DNA of 63,993 nucleotides, filler included, from Jimgerdemannia flammicorona (Eukaryota): NCBI GenBank assembly GCA_003990765.1. It is 2 parts of 2 records of this genome, joined end to end, with 100 filler letters (N's around TTAATTAATTAA, not from the genome) between each part and the next. Parts side by side here need not be neighbours in the genome. Positions count along the whole stretch, not along the records: positions 32,088 to 63,993 come from RBNJ01000371.1; 1 more part is not named here. One strand, 5' to 3'. Shown piece by piece: positions 63,828 to 63,993 of this stretch (position 1 is its first letter; each line of letters starts with the position of its first letter). The notes under the pieces were generated by a model. It saw only the letters and a program-made list of their open reading frames with translations, ran no database searches and was not told where the DNA came from. The position numbers and the translations under genes were made by a program.

Positions 63828-63993
63828 TATAATGTAGCAGATGCTTACTCTTGAAAGTACGTCAGATTTCTGTATCTTGAAAACTTGACTGTTCTGACTC
63901 TCGCAGAGTCTCTTGAAGTGGCAGGGGAGGGTGGGTGAGTTCGAAGTGTATCTGCCCACAGGCTTACTAGTTCCTTTGCTATCTCTTTGCTTT
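63828..63993 (-). repeat. 5' LTR (partial)
   Basis: Near-identical to 57569-57734, differing only by transitions. Confidence 0.9.

Larger units (their letters stand above)
57569..63993 (-). mobile_element. Ty3/gypsy LTR retrotransposon with dUTPase, degenerate; 5' LTR truncated by the window end
   Basis: Order is gag (CYTCGEEGHYSYEC knuckle, ~62900-62945), protease (AIIDTGA), dUTPase, RT (LDLYSGFHQ, MPFG, YVDD), RNase H (DAS..GLGAVL), integrase (H..GH..C..C, rve, GPY). Multiple stops and frameshifts. Confidence 0.95.

Overview
Intron-containing fungal genomic DNA. It is probably from an early-diverging lineage such as Mucoromycota, inferred only from gene content and element types. An artificial N-linker at 31988-32087 splits the window. 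The left part (1-31987) is accessory. It holds a degenerate L1/Tx1-like LINE, very AT-rich transposon relics and MITEs, plus an ~18 kb array of six paralogs (five intact, one pseudogene) of an intronless ~160-176 aa protein I cannot assign to any family. Four of these start with a canonical MGNxxS myristoylation motif followed by a basic patch. Three sit head-to-head with decayed copies of a second, spliced gene. The right part (32088-63993) holds an Mx-like dynamin and a compact housekeeping block: ATG7, PPG1-type phosphatase, BORCS8, JMJD5, a NIF/SCP phosphatase, SNF4, DLD1 and UTP4. It ends with a degenerate Ty3/gypsy element that carries a dUTPase between protease and RT and an extra intact ORF after integrase. 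Repeats show strong CpG-focused C>T/G>A decay. All alignments were done by eye and no database searches were run.
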